This document shows positions 48,667 to 57,243 of a stretch of DNA of 64,000 nucleotides, in pieces (position 1 is the stretch's first letter; every line of letters begins with the position of its first letter). The notes under the pieces are model-generated. The model ran no database searches and was not told the DNA's origin. It saw nothing but the letters and a program-made list of their open reading frames with translations. This DNA is from a virus, in the IMG/VR virus record IMGVR_UViG_3300032245_000795, positions 32,001-96,000 of that record. One strand, given 5' to 3'. Made by a program: the position numbers and the translations under genes.

Positions 48667-50428
48667 TTTTCTTGAAGCACTACAGGATGATCATTTTAAT
48701 GAAATGCCAGTAGACGCAAGAACTTTTGTTGAAGGTGAAGCATATCTTGGACAGCCACCGTTATCTGATATTCAGTACGATATTGTTGAAGCAATGAGTC
48801 AGATCTATCGCAAAGAAGACCTAATTAATATTATGGGTGAAGAAAAGGGTACACAATATTATAACAAGTACACAAAGAATGAAATCATCCTGCAACTTGG
48901 CAAGGGATCTGGAAAAGACTTCACATCAACTGTAGCATGCTCATACATTGTATACAAACTTTTGTGTTTAAAAGATCCAGCAAAATATTTTGGTAAGCCC
49001 TCTGGAGATGCTATTGATCTAATCAACGTTGCTATTAACGCACAACAAGCAAAGAATGTTTTCTTTAAGGGTTTTAAGTCAAAGATTGAAAGGTCTCCTT
49101 GGTTTGTTGGTAAATATTATGCAAAAGCAGACTCAGTTGAGTTTGACAAATCAATCACTGTTTACTCTGGACACTCAGAACGTGAGTCGCATGAGGGTTT
49201 AAATTTATTGCTTGCAGTACTTGATGAGATTTCTGGTTTTGCATCTGAAGTTGGAACAGGGAATGAACAAGGAAAGACTGCTGACAACATATACAAGGCT
49301 TTTCGTGGTTCAGTAGACTCTCGCTTCCCTGACTTAGGCAAGGTTGTTTTGCTTTCATTTCCAAGATATCCAGGAGACTTTATTTCAGAAAGATATGAGG
49401 ATGTTATTGCTGAAAAAGAGGTTATAGAAAGAACACACAAGTTTACAATTAATCCATTGCTTCCAGAAGATAACCCAGATAACTCGTTTGAAATTTCGTG
49501 GGATGAGGATCAAATAACATCATACAAATACCCTGGAGTATTCGCACTAAAAAGACCTACATGGGAAGTAAACCCTACACGAAAGATTGATGATTTTATG
49601 ATTGCATTCATGACTGATCTTGGAGATGCAATGATGCGTTTTGCTTGTGTTCCAACCTTTGCATCCGACGCATTTTTTAAGCAGGCAGACAAGGTAAGAG
49701 CATGCATGACACTACGAAATCCAGTAGATACATTTAAAAGGTTTGATGAAACATTCAAGCCAGACCCAACAAAAAAATATTATGTACATGCTGACCTTGC
49801 ACAAAAGCACGACAAGTGTGCTGTTGCTATTGCTCACGTAGAAAAATGGGTAAATATTCAAGTAATCAATAATTATGAACAGGTAGCGCCAATTGTAGTG
49901 GTAGATGCAGTAGCATGGTGGGAGCCCAAGATAGAAGGACCTGTCAATCTTTCAGAAGTTAAGCAGTGGATTCAAAACCTTAGAAGGCTTGGGTTTGATA
50001 TTGGAATGGTTTCATTTGACCGTTGGCAATCATTTGATATTCAGAATGAGTTAAAGCAGGTTGGAATGAGAACTGATACTGTTTCTGTTGCTAAGAAGCA
50101 TTATGAAGACATGGCTATGCTTGTTTATGAGGAAAGACTTGCTATGCCAGCAATTGATTTATTGTTTGATGAATTAACACAGTTAAAGATTATGAAAAAT
50201 GATAGAGTTGACCACCCACGTAAAAAGTCAAAGGATTTGGCCGATGCTGTGTGTGGTGCTATTTTTGGGGCCATATCACATACCCCTAAAAATATAGACA
50301 CTGAGGTAGAGGTTCATACCTTTAGAGACAGATCTAAGCGAGTTGACGAACTGCCTGAGAACGTGATACAATATAAACCTATGCCAGATGATGTAAAAGA
50401 CTATCTGGATAGATTTAATCTACTATAA
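48647..50428 (+). CDS. terL: terminase large subunit
   Basis: Walker A GKGSGKD, Walker B AVLDE, nuclease HADLA, FDRWQS, DHP..SKDLADA. Confidence 0.9.
   Translation: MSTMFNDFLEALQDDHFNEMPVDARTFVEGEAYLGQPPLSDIQYDIVEAMSQIYRKEDLINIMGEEKGTQYYNKYTKNEIILQLGKGSGKDFTSTVACSYIVYKLLCLKDPAKYFGKPSGDAIDLINVAINAQQAKNVFFKGFKSKIERSPWFVGKYYAKADSVEFDKSITVYSGHSERESHEGLNLLLAVLDEISGFASEVGTGNEQGKTADNIYKAFRGSVDSRFPDLGKVVLLSFPRYPGDFISERYEDVIAEKEVIERTHKFTINPLLPEDNPDNSFEISWDEDQITSYKYPGVFALKRPTWEVNPTRKIDDFMIAFMTDLGDAMMRFACVPTFASDAFFKQADKVRACMTLRNPVDTFKRFDETFKPDPTKKYYVHADLAQKHDKCAVAIAHVEKWVNIQVINNYEQVAPIVVVDAVAWWEPKIEGPVNLSEVKQWIQNLRRLGFDIGMVSFDRWQSFDIQNELKQVGMRTDTVSVAKKHYEDMAMLVYEERLAMPAIDLLFDELTQLKIMKNDRVDHPRKKSKDLADAVCGAIFGAISHTPKNIDTEVEVHTFRDRSKRVDELPENVIQYKPMPDDVKDYLDRFNLL
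50343..50372 (+). promoter_or_regulatory. sigma70-type promoter inside the terL 3' end, for the secreted protein gene
   Basis: TTGACG-N18-TACAAT with an extended TG. Confidence 0.55.
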
Positions 50429-50445
50429 ATAAGGAGAAATACCGA

Positions 50446-51585
50446 ATGAATTCATTCAAGAAAATCGCACTAGCCATGGTTGCAGCCATGACTTTGGGCA
50501 CAATCGTAGCAACACCTGCAAGTGCTGCTGTAATGACAGTCGCTGTATCGCTTGACTCTGTAGCAAATACTACAGCATCAGCAATTGCAACGCCTGCATC
50601 ATTACCAGTCCCTGCAGACAATTCAGTTGACGCTGCTGACGCACTTAAGTTCGTCGCAACTGTTGACGTAGGAACAAGCGTTTCTGTTTCAACAACAAAT
50701 GCAACAATCGTGTCTGCACTACACACATCTGCTGCACCAGTAGGAGCAACATCAGGATCATCATCTTTGACAATTGCAACTGGTACAGGAACAACAGCAA
50801 CATTTTATGTCTACACAAAGACAACGGCAATTGGCACAGTTGTAATTAACAACGGTGGAACAACTCTTACATACTATGTACAGGGAACTGCTGGCAAGAT
50901 TAACTCTCTTGTAGTCTCTGCACCTACATCAGGTGCTGCTGGAACAAAGCAGGACATCACAGTAACTGCAACAGATACATTTGGTAACAAGGTATCAGGT
51001 AAGTCAATTACTGCAACAGTATTTGCTGCGACAGCAACACTAGATACAGCAACAGCAACAACTGGTGCTACACTTTCAGACTTTGGAGTTGCTACATTTA
51101 AGGCAACACTTCCAACAACTGGTACACGATCACTAATCACATTTGCACCAACAACTTCAACAGATGCAACATCTGCAGATGTAGTTGGACTACCTGCTCG
51201 TGCACTAGCACCATTTGCAGAAATCGCAGTTCGTGATCTAGTATCAGAACTTGCTGCACAGACTGCTGCTAAGGATGCAGCACTTGCTGCTAAGGCTGTA
51301 GCAGATGCTGCAGTTCTAAAGGCTGCTTCTGATGCTGCTGCTGCTAAGGTCGCTTCAGATGCTGCTCTTGCAGCAGAGAAGGCTGCTTCTGCTAAGGCTC
51401 TTGCTGATGCAAAGGTTGCTTCAGATAAGGCACTTGCAGATGCAAAGGTTGCACACGATGCAGTCGTTGCTAAGTTGACAGCAGATAATGCTGCAGCAAT
51501 CAAGTCACTTAAGGATGCTTTCAACAAGTTGGCTCGCCAATGGAATGCAAAGAATCCAAAGGCTAAGGTTACTCTTGTTAAGTAA
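50446..51585 (+). CDS. secreted Thr/Ala-rich cell-surface protein (Ig-like domains plus coiled coil)
   Basis: Sec signal MNSFKKIALAMVAAMTLGTIVATPASA; TVTATDTFGN Ig-like motif; AKVASD repeats; basic C-terminus; strong SD and terminator. Confidence 0.75.
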   Translation: MNSFKKIALAMVAAMTLGTIVATPASAAVMTVAVSLDSVANTTASAIATPASLPVPADNSVDAADALKFVATVDVGTSVSVSTTNATIVSALHTSAAPVGATSGSSSLTIATGTGTTATFYVYTKTTAIGTVVINNGGTTLTYYVQGTAGKINSLVVSAPTSGAAGTKQDITVTATDTFGNKVSGKSITATVFAATATLDTATATTGATLSDFGVATFKATLPTTGTRSLITFAPTTSTDATSADVVGLPARALAPFAEIAVRDLVSELAAQTAAKDAALAAKAVADAAVLKAASDAAAAKVASDAALAAEKAASAKALADAKVASDKALADAKVAHDAVVAKLTADNAAAIKSLKDAFNKLARQWNAKNPKAKVTLVK

Positions 51586-51600
51586 TTAGTCCAACATTAA

Positions 51601-51631
51601 AGGGGTTGCCAATTACGGTAGCCCTTTTTTT
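51601..51631 (+). terminator. intrinsic terminator
   Basis: GGGGTTGCC-aattac-GGTAGCCCT then a T run. Confidence 0.85.
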
Positions 51632-51642
51632 GTGCAATAAAA

Positions 51643-51651
51643 TGGTATAAT
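51643..51651 (+). promoter_or_regulatory. extended -10 promoter (TGGTATAAT)
   Basis: Directly after the terminator. Confidence 0.65.
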
Positions 51652-51689
51652 CATCCTATCAGACATCCAGTCTGCAAGGGGGAAGGCAA

Positions 51690-53867
51690 ATAAAACGATT
51701 AATACGCATAGTAACAGCGACAGTTTTAGCCTTTGGCTGGCTATTTATATCCCCAACAGAGGCTCATTCTGATGACCCCCTCACAGTTGCAGCCAAGCAG
51801 ATTCAAAACCTTAATAGCGCAGTAGATAAACTAGACTATAAAGATGGTCTAATTAATATGATTGACATAGCAGAAAATAAGTTCATGTATGCTAAAAATC
51901 TGCGGGATGTCAGAGATGAAACAATTGCAGATTATGAGGATGCAGTAGAGGCAGAAGAGTTAGCCTTAGATGCAGTAGACCTTGCTCAGTCAAATGTAGA
52001 TGGCCAGACAGTAACAGTAGAACTTTCTTTTAATTATAAAGAGGATGCCCTACAAGACAAGAACGATGCACAGGATGCTCTCAACATAGCCAACATCAAC
52101 CTTCAAACGGCGCAATCAAATATGCAGAGTGCTGGAGGAGAAGGTTTGGCATATACTGTTTATACTCTTGTTAGACAGGGTAATGTTGCTACCCCAGGAT
52201 ATGTGCTTTGTTCTGGTACTTGGAACTCAAACTATATGAGCCTTCCAGTTTGTGGTAATAGATATGAAAACTTTATAGTTAAATTTACTGGACAGATAAC
52301 AGTTCCAGAATGGTTCACATCAACAAAATTTGCAGGTTACACAGATGATGGTTTTAGGATGTATATTGATGGAAACCTTGCCATTAATAACTGGAAGGAA
52401 CAGGGAACAACATGGAGTCAATACTCTCCAATATATGATGTAACCACAGATAAAACATTTGATGTAGAGATTTGGTGGTACAACGGTGGAGGACCAGGAT
52501 CTTATCATCTTGGATGGGGAATACCCTATGATTCATCTGGCAGTTTAGGTTGGACGGGTGCAGGTTGCGACTATGCTGGAAATCCAAGAGTGTGGGGACA
52601 AAACTTTAGTTGTAATCTTGATACATTTTCTTCTGGATCTGGACCAACACAAGCACAAACAGATGCTTACAATGAAGCACTTGCAACAAGAAATGCAGCA
52701 CAGCAAGACTACAACAATGCTTTGTCAGAATATAATGACAAATTAAATGTTTATAACCAAGAGACTGCAACACTAAATTCATTAAATCAAACATTAACTA
52801 ATAAAGAATCTGAATATGACAACGCAGTAAATGATACAGCAGATGCTTTGTCTGAAAAGAATAATGCCATAAATGATTTTAATAATGCAGTCAATGATGT
52901 AAATGGTGCAATTGATGACGCATGGCGTTACTATGATGAGCAATCACAAAGAGAAATTCAAAGAGCAATTGCTCAAGCAGCAGCCAACGCTGCAGCAAAC
53001 CAGCCTAAACCAGAACCTTCTCCAAAGCCAACTGTTGAACCAGAAAAGCCAAAGCCTTCCCCACCACCAACAGATAAGCCAGAACCAAAGCCAACTAACA
53101 ATACCGCTACAGAAGAACCAGGACCAAAGCCTACACAGCCAGGACCAAAGCCAGAGCCACCAAAAGAGGAGCCTAAGCCTGAGCCAACAAAGCCAGAAGA
53201 GCCTAAGCCTACACCTGCCCCAAGCCCTGAACCAAAGCCAGAGCCCTCTCCAGAGCCTCCTGTTGAGCCCTCTCCAGAGCCTAAGCCACTTCCAAGACCA
53301 GACTTTAAGCCAGCAGAAAATATTGATCCAGCAATTAAGGATGCAGAATTAGCAGCATTGATTCCACAAAAGGGTACAGGAAATTCAGAAGATCTTTCTG
53401 GAGTTATAGCAAACCTTACAAGTAAGGATAATAAATTAGTTAAACTTTCTGTTGAGCAAACAGCAGCAGTTAGCCAAACACTTAAGTCTTTAACACAAGA
53501 GGCAAAGGCTGAAGTAGCAGCAGACCTGGGTATTGCACCAGCAGAAGTTGCAAAGGTGGCGGAGGCAATGAAGTCAAACCCTGCAGTAGCAGCAGCATTT
53601 GTTGAGTTCGCAGAAAGAGCAGGGGATGCAGGAGATACCCCAATGCCATTTACATTAGCAGATGCAACAACAGAAGTACAAACAGAAGCATTCTTAGCAG
53701 ACCCACTTGGAGCAGTGTTTAAAGTGGATGTTACAGAACTCCTATCCAATTTTTCTGAGTTGGGTATGGATATGACAGACGATCAGAGAGAAAAAGCACA
53801 AGAAGTAATTGTCCCAGTGGTCATTGCATCACAAATTGCAGGGGCAGTAATAAGGAGGAACAAATGA
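51690..53867 (+). CDS. exported PA14-domain protein with coiled coils and a Pro-rich stalk (probable ATA start; first ATG at 51858)
   Basis: PA14 motifs FTGQITVP..F...TDDGFRMYIDG and WYNGGG; PEPKP repeats; hydrophobic/basic C-terminus. The frame is open for 56 more codons upstream, up to an SD-preceded ATA that gives a signal peptide. Confidence 0.75.
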   Translation: MKRLIRIVTATVLAFGWLFISPTEAHSDDPLTVAAKQIQNLNSAVDKLDYKDGLINMIDIAENKFMYAKNLRDVRDETIADYEDAVEAEELALDAVDLAQSNVDGQTVTVELSFNYKEDALQDKNDAQDALNIANINLQTAQSNMQSAGGEGLAYTVYTLVRQGNVATPGYVLCSGTWNSNYMSLPVCGNRYENFIVKFTGQITVPEWFTSTKFAGYTDDGFRMYIDGNLAINNWKEQGTTWSQYSPIYDVTTDKTFDVEIWWYNGGGPGSYHLGWGIPYDSSGSLGWTGAGCDYAGNPRVWGQNFSCNLDTFSSGSGPTQAQTDAYNEALATRNAAQQDYNNALSEYNDKLNVYNQETATLNSLNQTLTNKESEYDNAVNDTADALSEKNNAINDFNNAVNDVNGAIDDAWRYYDEQSQREIQRAIAQAAANAAANQPKPEPSPKPTVEPEKPKPSPPPTDKPEPKPTNNTATEEPGPKPTQPGPKPEPPKEEPKPEPTKPEEPKPTPAPSPEPKPEPSPEPPVEPSPEPKPLPRPDFKPAENIDPAIKDAELAALIPQKGTGNSEDLSGVIANLTSKDNKLVKLSVEQTAAVSQTLKSLTQEAKAEVAADLGIAPAEVAKVAEAMKSNPAVAAAFVEFAERAGDAGDTPMPFTLADATTEVQTEAFLADPLGAVFKVDVTELLSNFSELGMDMTDDQREKAQEVIVPVVIASQIAGAVIRRNK
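53003..53312 (+). repeat. Pro/Glu/Lys-rich low-complexity repeat (PEPKP / PSPEP)
   Basis: Repeated CCAGAGCC / GAGCCTAAGCC units. Confidence 0.8.
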
Positions 53868-54091
53868 AGATAATCAAAAAAGCCTTTAATCTCTTAGGTA
53901 AAATTCTAAAGGGATTAATTAAATGGTTTAAAGACGCAGGAATGGAATTAATTGCACAGGCATTCACCCTCCTTGGCTTCTTTATTGCATGGCTAACTTT
54001 GACGGGATCAGCAAGAGATATTGTTGGACTTGCAGTACTTGCAACCACAGTAATCTGGCTTATAACAATCCCGCTAAGAAAGGAGGACTAA
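53864..54091 (+). CDS. small two-TM membrane protein
   Basis: Amphipathic basic N-terminus, two hydrophobic helices, SD AAGGAGG. Confidence 0.65.
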   Translation: MKIIKKAFNLLGKILKGLIKWFKDAGMELIAQAFTLLGFFIAWLTLTGSARDIVGLAVLATTVIWLITIPLRKED

Positions 54092-54093
54092 AT

Positions 54094-54378
54094 ATGGCAA
54101 CTAAAAAGGTAGTAGAGCCTCCTAAGAAGGAGCACCCACAAAAGGCAATCACAAATATCTTGATGAGAATAGTAGCAGTCTTTGCAGCATCTGGTCTATC
54201 AGTACTTGGTGCTGGAGCAGTTGTAGGAATTGACACAGTTCAAGCAGTATTCTTAGCAGGACTATTAGGCGTAGCAACAGTAATTGAAAGACTAGCAAGG
54301 GCTTTTTTGGACGATGGAAAACTCACATTGGCAGAGATCAATGATGCGTTTAAAACGGTAGACAAAAAGGCTAATTAG
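54094..54378 (+). CDS. holin-like membrane protein
   Basis: Two TM helices and a DDGKLTLAEIN tail; SD AGGAGG before ATG 54094; near the endolysin gene. Confidence 0.5.
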   Translation: MATKKVVEPPKKEHPQKAITNILMRIVAVFAASGLSVLGAGAVVGIDTVQAVFLAGLLGVATVIERLARAFLDDGKLTLAEINDAFKTVDKKAN

Positions 54379-54394
54379 TAATTATTGACGGTAG

Positions 54395-54450
54395 TTGACA
54401 GCCCTCTCTGGGCAATGGTATACTTAAGTATCACCTATCTGGAGAGGGCT
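54395..54450 (+). promoter_or_regulatory. sigma70-type promoter embedded in an inverted repeat that covers the downstream RBS
   Basis: TTGACA(54395)-N18-TATACT(54419); arms AGCCCTCTC 54400-54408 and GAGAGGGCT 54442-54450. Confidence 0.65.
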
Positions 54451-54455
54451 CTGTT

Positions 54456-54980
54456 ATGACCTGTATTGTTGCTTTACGCCATGAAGAAAAAGTTTATATG
54501 GCAGGAGATCGTGGAGCATCAGATGACGGTGTTATTCTTGCACTTGAATCTCCAAAGGTTTGGAAAGTTGGACCTTACTTAATTGGATATGCTGGCTCAA
54601 TGGATGGCGACAGAATTAGACACAACTTCAGACCATCGGCACCTAACATTAAAGACACAGACAAATATATGCACACCAAGTTCATTAAGGAACTTCGTGA
54701 ATTTTATAATGAGTTCTGGGTTGATACATCTAAAGATGGCGAACTTAGTTTGATCATTGGTATTCGTGGAGAAATATATGAACATAGTTCTGGAGATATG
54801 TCTTTATCTAAATATTCATTACCATATGTTTCTATAGGCTCTGGATCAGAATATGCATATGGAGTTATGTATGCAACAGATAAGCAAAAAAATGCAAGGA
54901 ATAGAGTTCAGCAAGCAGTTTCTGCAGCAATTAAATTTAATCCATCGTGCATGGGTCCAGTTGACATCATAAGTGCTTAG
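54456..54980 (+). CDS. Ntn-hydrolase, HslV / proteasome-beta-like peptidase
   Basis: N-terminal M-T-CIV nucleophile, MAGD, PKV, IGSGSEYAYG. Confidence 0.8.
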   Translation: MTCIVALRHEEKVYMAGDRGASDDGVILALESPKVWKVGPYLIGYAGSMDGDRIRHNFRPSAPNIKDTDKYMHTKFIKELREFYNEFWVDTSKDGELSLIIGIRGEIYEHSSGDMSLSKYSLPYVSIGSGSEYAYGVMYATDKQKNARNRVQQAVSAAIKFNPSCMGPVDIISA

Positions 54981-54995
54981 GGGTATAATTGTTAT

Positions 54996-55214
54996 ATGAA
55001 CGAAGAATTTGAAGAGATTTTAAAAGACATTCAAAATATAGAATCAGATTTTGATGAATTTGAAATTTGGCTTGATAACGGTATTCAGCGTGGTTGGATA
55101 ACAGAGCCATTCTGCAACACTCATGAAGGAGATCCTTACATGACAGAAGAAGAAGAAGCAGAGTGGGAAGAGGGCGGAGACCCTTGCCAATTAGTTTTAA
55201 AAATAAAACAATAA
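54996..55214 (+). CDS. acidic hypothetical protein (likely leaderless)
   Basis: TATAAT ends 7 nt before the ATG; CNTHEG...GGDPC. Confidence 0.7.
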   Translation: MNEEFEEILKDIQNIESDFDEFEIWLDNGIQRGWITEPFCNTHEGDPYMTEEEEAEWEEGGDPCQLVLKIKQ

Positions 55215-55230
55215 AAATGAGGAGAACAAA

Positions 55231-56121
55231 ATGAAAAAGTTACTACTATCACTACTATCAATCGCAGTTGCATTTACAGCAATAACACCAGCACAAGCAC
55301 AAGATGAAAGGGTCTTAGCAATTATTGACACAGCAATTAATGCAAAGAACTTTCCATCAATTATCCACGAGGTTTGCTTTACTACTGTAAAGTCAAAAGA
55401 TCCAAAGCAGGATATGTCTTGCCCTAATGGAGAATACTTTATGGAAGGTCCAGGAGCAGCCAGTGCTCCATGGCCAACACCTGCTACTGATAAGATGTGG
55501 CTTAACAACGCAACTTTTCACGGAGATCAAATGGTAAAGTCTGCACTAACAGTTGATCCAAATTTAAAGATTGTATTTATTAGATTTAATGATGTTACAA
55601 GTCTTGGAAACTCAAGAGGAGACATCAAAGCACTGACTTCAGCAATGGACTGGGTATCAAAAAATGCAGGAAAGTACAGCATCGATGCTTTATCAATTAG
55701 TCAGTCATCAGTAAGTACAGCAAACCTTGCCTTATGCTCAACAAGCACAGTAGCAATTAATGCAGTAGCATCCTTAAATGCAAACAACATTCCAGTATTT
55801 GCTGCAACAGGAAATGATAAAAGAAAAGATGTTGTAGGATTCCCTTCATGCGTTAACGGTGTGATTGGTGTAGGAGCATTAGGAAGTGCAACACAACTTG
55901 AAGGATTAACAAACACAGGTCCTGGTCTTGATATGGTTGCATTTGGTAAGGTAAGCATCACGAAGTATAATGGTTCGCCAATCGATACTGCTGGAAGTTC
56001 TGTAGCAACTGCAGTATCTGCAGCATCATACGTAAACAAAAATACAAATAAAACTTTTGGAGAATATCTACTATCTCTTTCAAAGATTTTAATTAACAAC
56101 GTATCATATATTCGTAACTAA
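55231..56121 (+). CDS. secreted subtilisin-like (S8) serine protease
   Basis: Signal peptide (..PAQA); triad IIDT / FHG / GSS; oxyanion ATGND. Confidence 0.8.
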   Translation: MKKLLLSLLSIAVAFTAITPAQAQDERVLAIIDTAINAKNFPSIIHEVCFTTVKSKDPKQDMSCPNGEYFMEGPGAASAPWPTPATDKMWLNNATFHGDQMVKSALTVDPNLKIVFIRFNDVTSLGNSRGDIKALTSAMDWVSKNAGKYSIDALSISQSSVSTANLALCSTSTVAINAVASLNANNIPVFAATGNDKRKDVVGFPSCVNGVIGVGALGSATQLEGLTNTGPGLDMVAFGKVSITKYNGSPIDTAGSSVATAVSAASYVNKNTNKTFGEYLLSLSKILINNVSYIRN

Positions 56122-56156
56122 ATAATAGTCCTAGGCATGACTTAAAACTGCCCTAT

Positions 56157-56229
56157 TGCCCTATAACTCAGTTGGTAGAGTGCCGAACTGTTAATTCGGA
56201 TGTCCCTGGATCGAGGCCAGGTGGGGCAG
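56157..56229 (+). tRNA. tRNA-Asn (GTT)
   Basis: Acceptor TGCCCTA/TGGGGCA, D arm ACTC/GAGT, anticodon arm CCGAA-CTGTTAA-TTCGG, T arm CCTGG-ATCGAGG-CCAGG, discriminator G; CCA not encoded. Confidence 0.9.
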
Positions 56230-56231
56230 CG

Positions 56232-56240
56232 TGATATAAT
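56232..56240 (+). promoter_or_regulatory. extended -10 promoter (TGATATAAT) for the endolysin gene
   Basis: Match directly after the tRNA; SD AAGGAGG downstream. Confidence 0.6.
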
Positions 56241-56270
56241 TGTATTGTCATACCTACAAGGAGGAATCAA

Positions 56271-56915
56271 ATGGCAGCAAAAGGCAGTGTAGAAGCAATC
56301 ATTGAGGTTGCAAAAAAGGAAGTGGGCACAATTGAAGGCCCAAAGGATAATGAAACAAAGTACGGTGCATGGATTAAAGTAAACTTCCAACCATGGTGTC
56401 AGTCATTTGTTTCTTGGTCAGCATTTACTGCAGGGGTAAAATCATTCCCTAAGACTGCATCAACAGTAGCAGCAGCAGATTGGTTTAAGAAAGCAGAGCG
56501 TTGGTCAGATGCTCGTAACGATGACCCACAAGCAGGAGACTGGATTTATTTTGATTTTCCAGAAGATGGTGTGAATCGCATTTCACATGTTGGTCTTTGT
56601 ATTAAGAATAATGGAGATGGAACCATTCAAGTTATTGAAGGAAACACTTCAGGAACCGCAAAAGGAGATCAGCGCAACGGAGGAATGTGCGTTGAGAAAA
56701 CTCGTGGCTATGTAAAGAATAACAAGAAGAAGTTAGTTAATGCTGTAGTCGGTTGGGGTCGTCCAGTTTATGCTGGTGAAGAAAACGCTCCACTACTAAA
56801 TAAGGTCGCAGTATCTGTTAAACCAGCACCTGCTAAACCATCAGCACCAAAAGAAATTAAATCAGTAGCAAAAAAGTCTTCTGGTGGCGGAGGAAAGGGC
56901 TCTGTGGCCCTATAA
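56271..56915 (+). CDS. CHAP-domain endolysin
   Basis: PWCQSFVSW (catalytic Cys), SHVG (His), IEGNT. Confidence 0.85.
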   Translation: MAAKGSVEAIIEVAKKEVGTIEGPKDNETKYGAWIKVNFQPWCQSFVSWSAFTAGVKSFPKTASTVAAADWFKKAERWSDARNDDPQAGDWIYFDFPEDGVNRISHVGLCIKNNGDGTIQVIEGNTSGTAKGDQRNGGMCVEKTRGYVKNNKKKLVNAVVGWGRPVYAGEENAPLLNKVAVSVKPAPAKPSAPKEIKSVAKKSSGGGGKGSVAL

Positions 56916-57133
56916 TGGAATCAACTAAAAGAACTTTGCTAAAGACAGCAAGTTGGGAAACTTTTCATCTTCTTGGTGTTGCTGGTATTATTTCTCTTGT
57001 AACATGGAGAATAACTGGAGAAGTAGATTATGAATATGCAAGTCTTGGGGCATTAGGATATATTGCTTGGGAGGCACTTGGATATTTCTTGCATGAAAGA
57101 GTTTGGGTTAGGTTTGGAAAGGGTATAAAGTAA
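56915..57133 (+). CDS. DUF2061-like small membrane protein
   Basis: KRTLLKTASWE ... YFLHERVW. Confidence 0.75.
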   Translation: MESTKRTLLKTASWETFHLLGVAGIISLVTWRITGEVDYEYASLGALGYIAWEALGYFLHERVWVRFGKGIK

Positions 57134-57243
57134 TGCGTATTAAAATTATTAAGTTTGTTGTAAAATCTTTAGGCTACGAGTGGTCTGGAGATGAACTCAA
57201 ACTGCCAGTATGGTATGTAAAAGAAAAGAAAAAATCTAAATAA
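57133..57243 (+). CDS. small hypothetical protein (not in the ORF track)
   Basis: 36 aa MRIKIIKFVVKSLGYEWSGDELKLPVWYVKEKKKSK; fills the gap exactly. Confidence 0.5.
   Translation: MRIKIIKFVVKSLGYEWSGDELKLPVWYVKEKKKSK

Noticed and set aside
831-50428. Inteins or introns in RNR, DnaB, DnaE, RecA or TerL
   Set aside because: Lengths are normal, the motifs are contiguous, and no intein splice-junction or homing-endonuclease signatures were seen.
50874-53749. Minus-strand ORFs of 217 and 258 aa and the + strand alternate-frame Gln/Ser ORF 52903..53352
   Set aside because: By-products of the low-complexity Ala-rich and Pro-rich repeats.
56157-56229. tRNA as a prophage attachment site
   Set aside because: No integrase, no duplicated tRNA 3' end, and phage-type genes continue on both sides.
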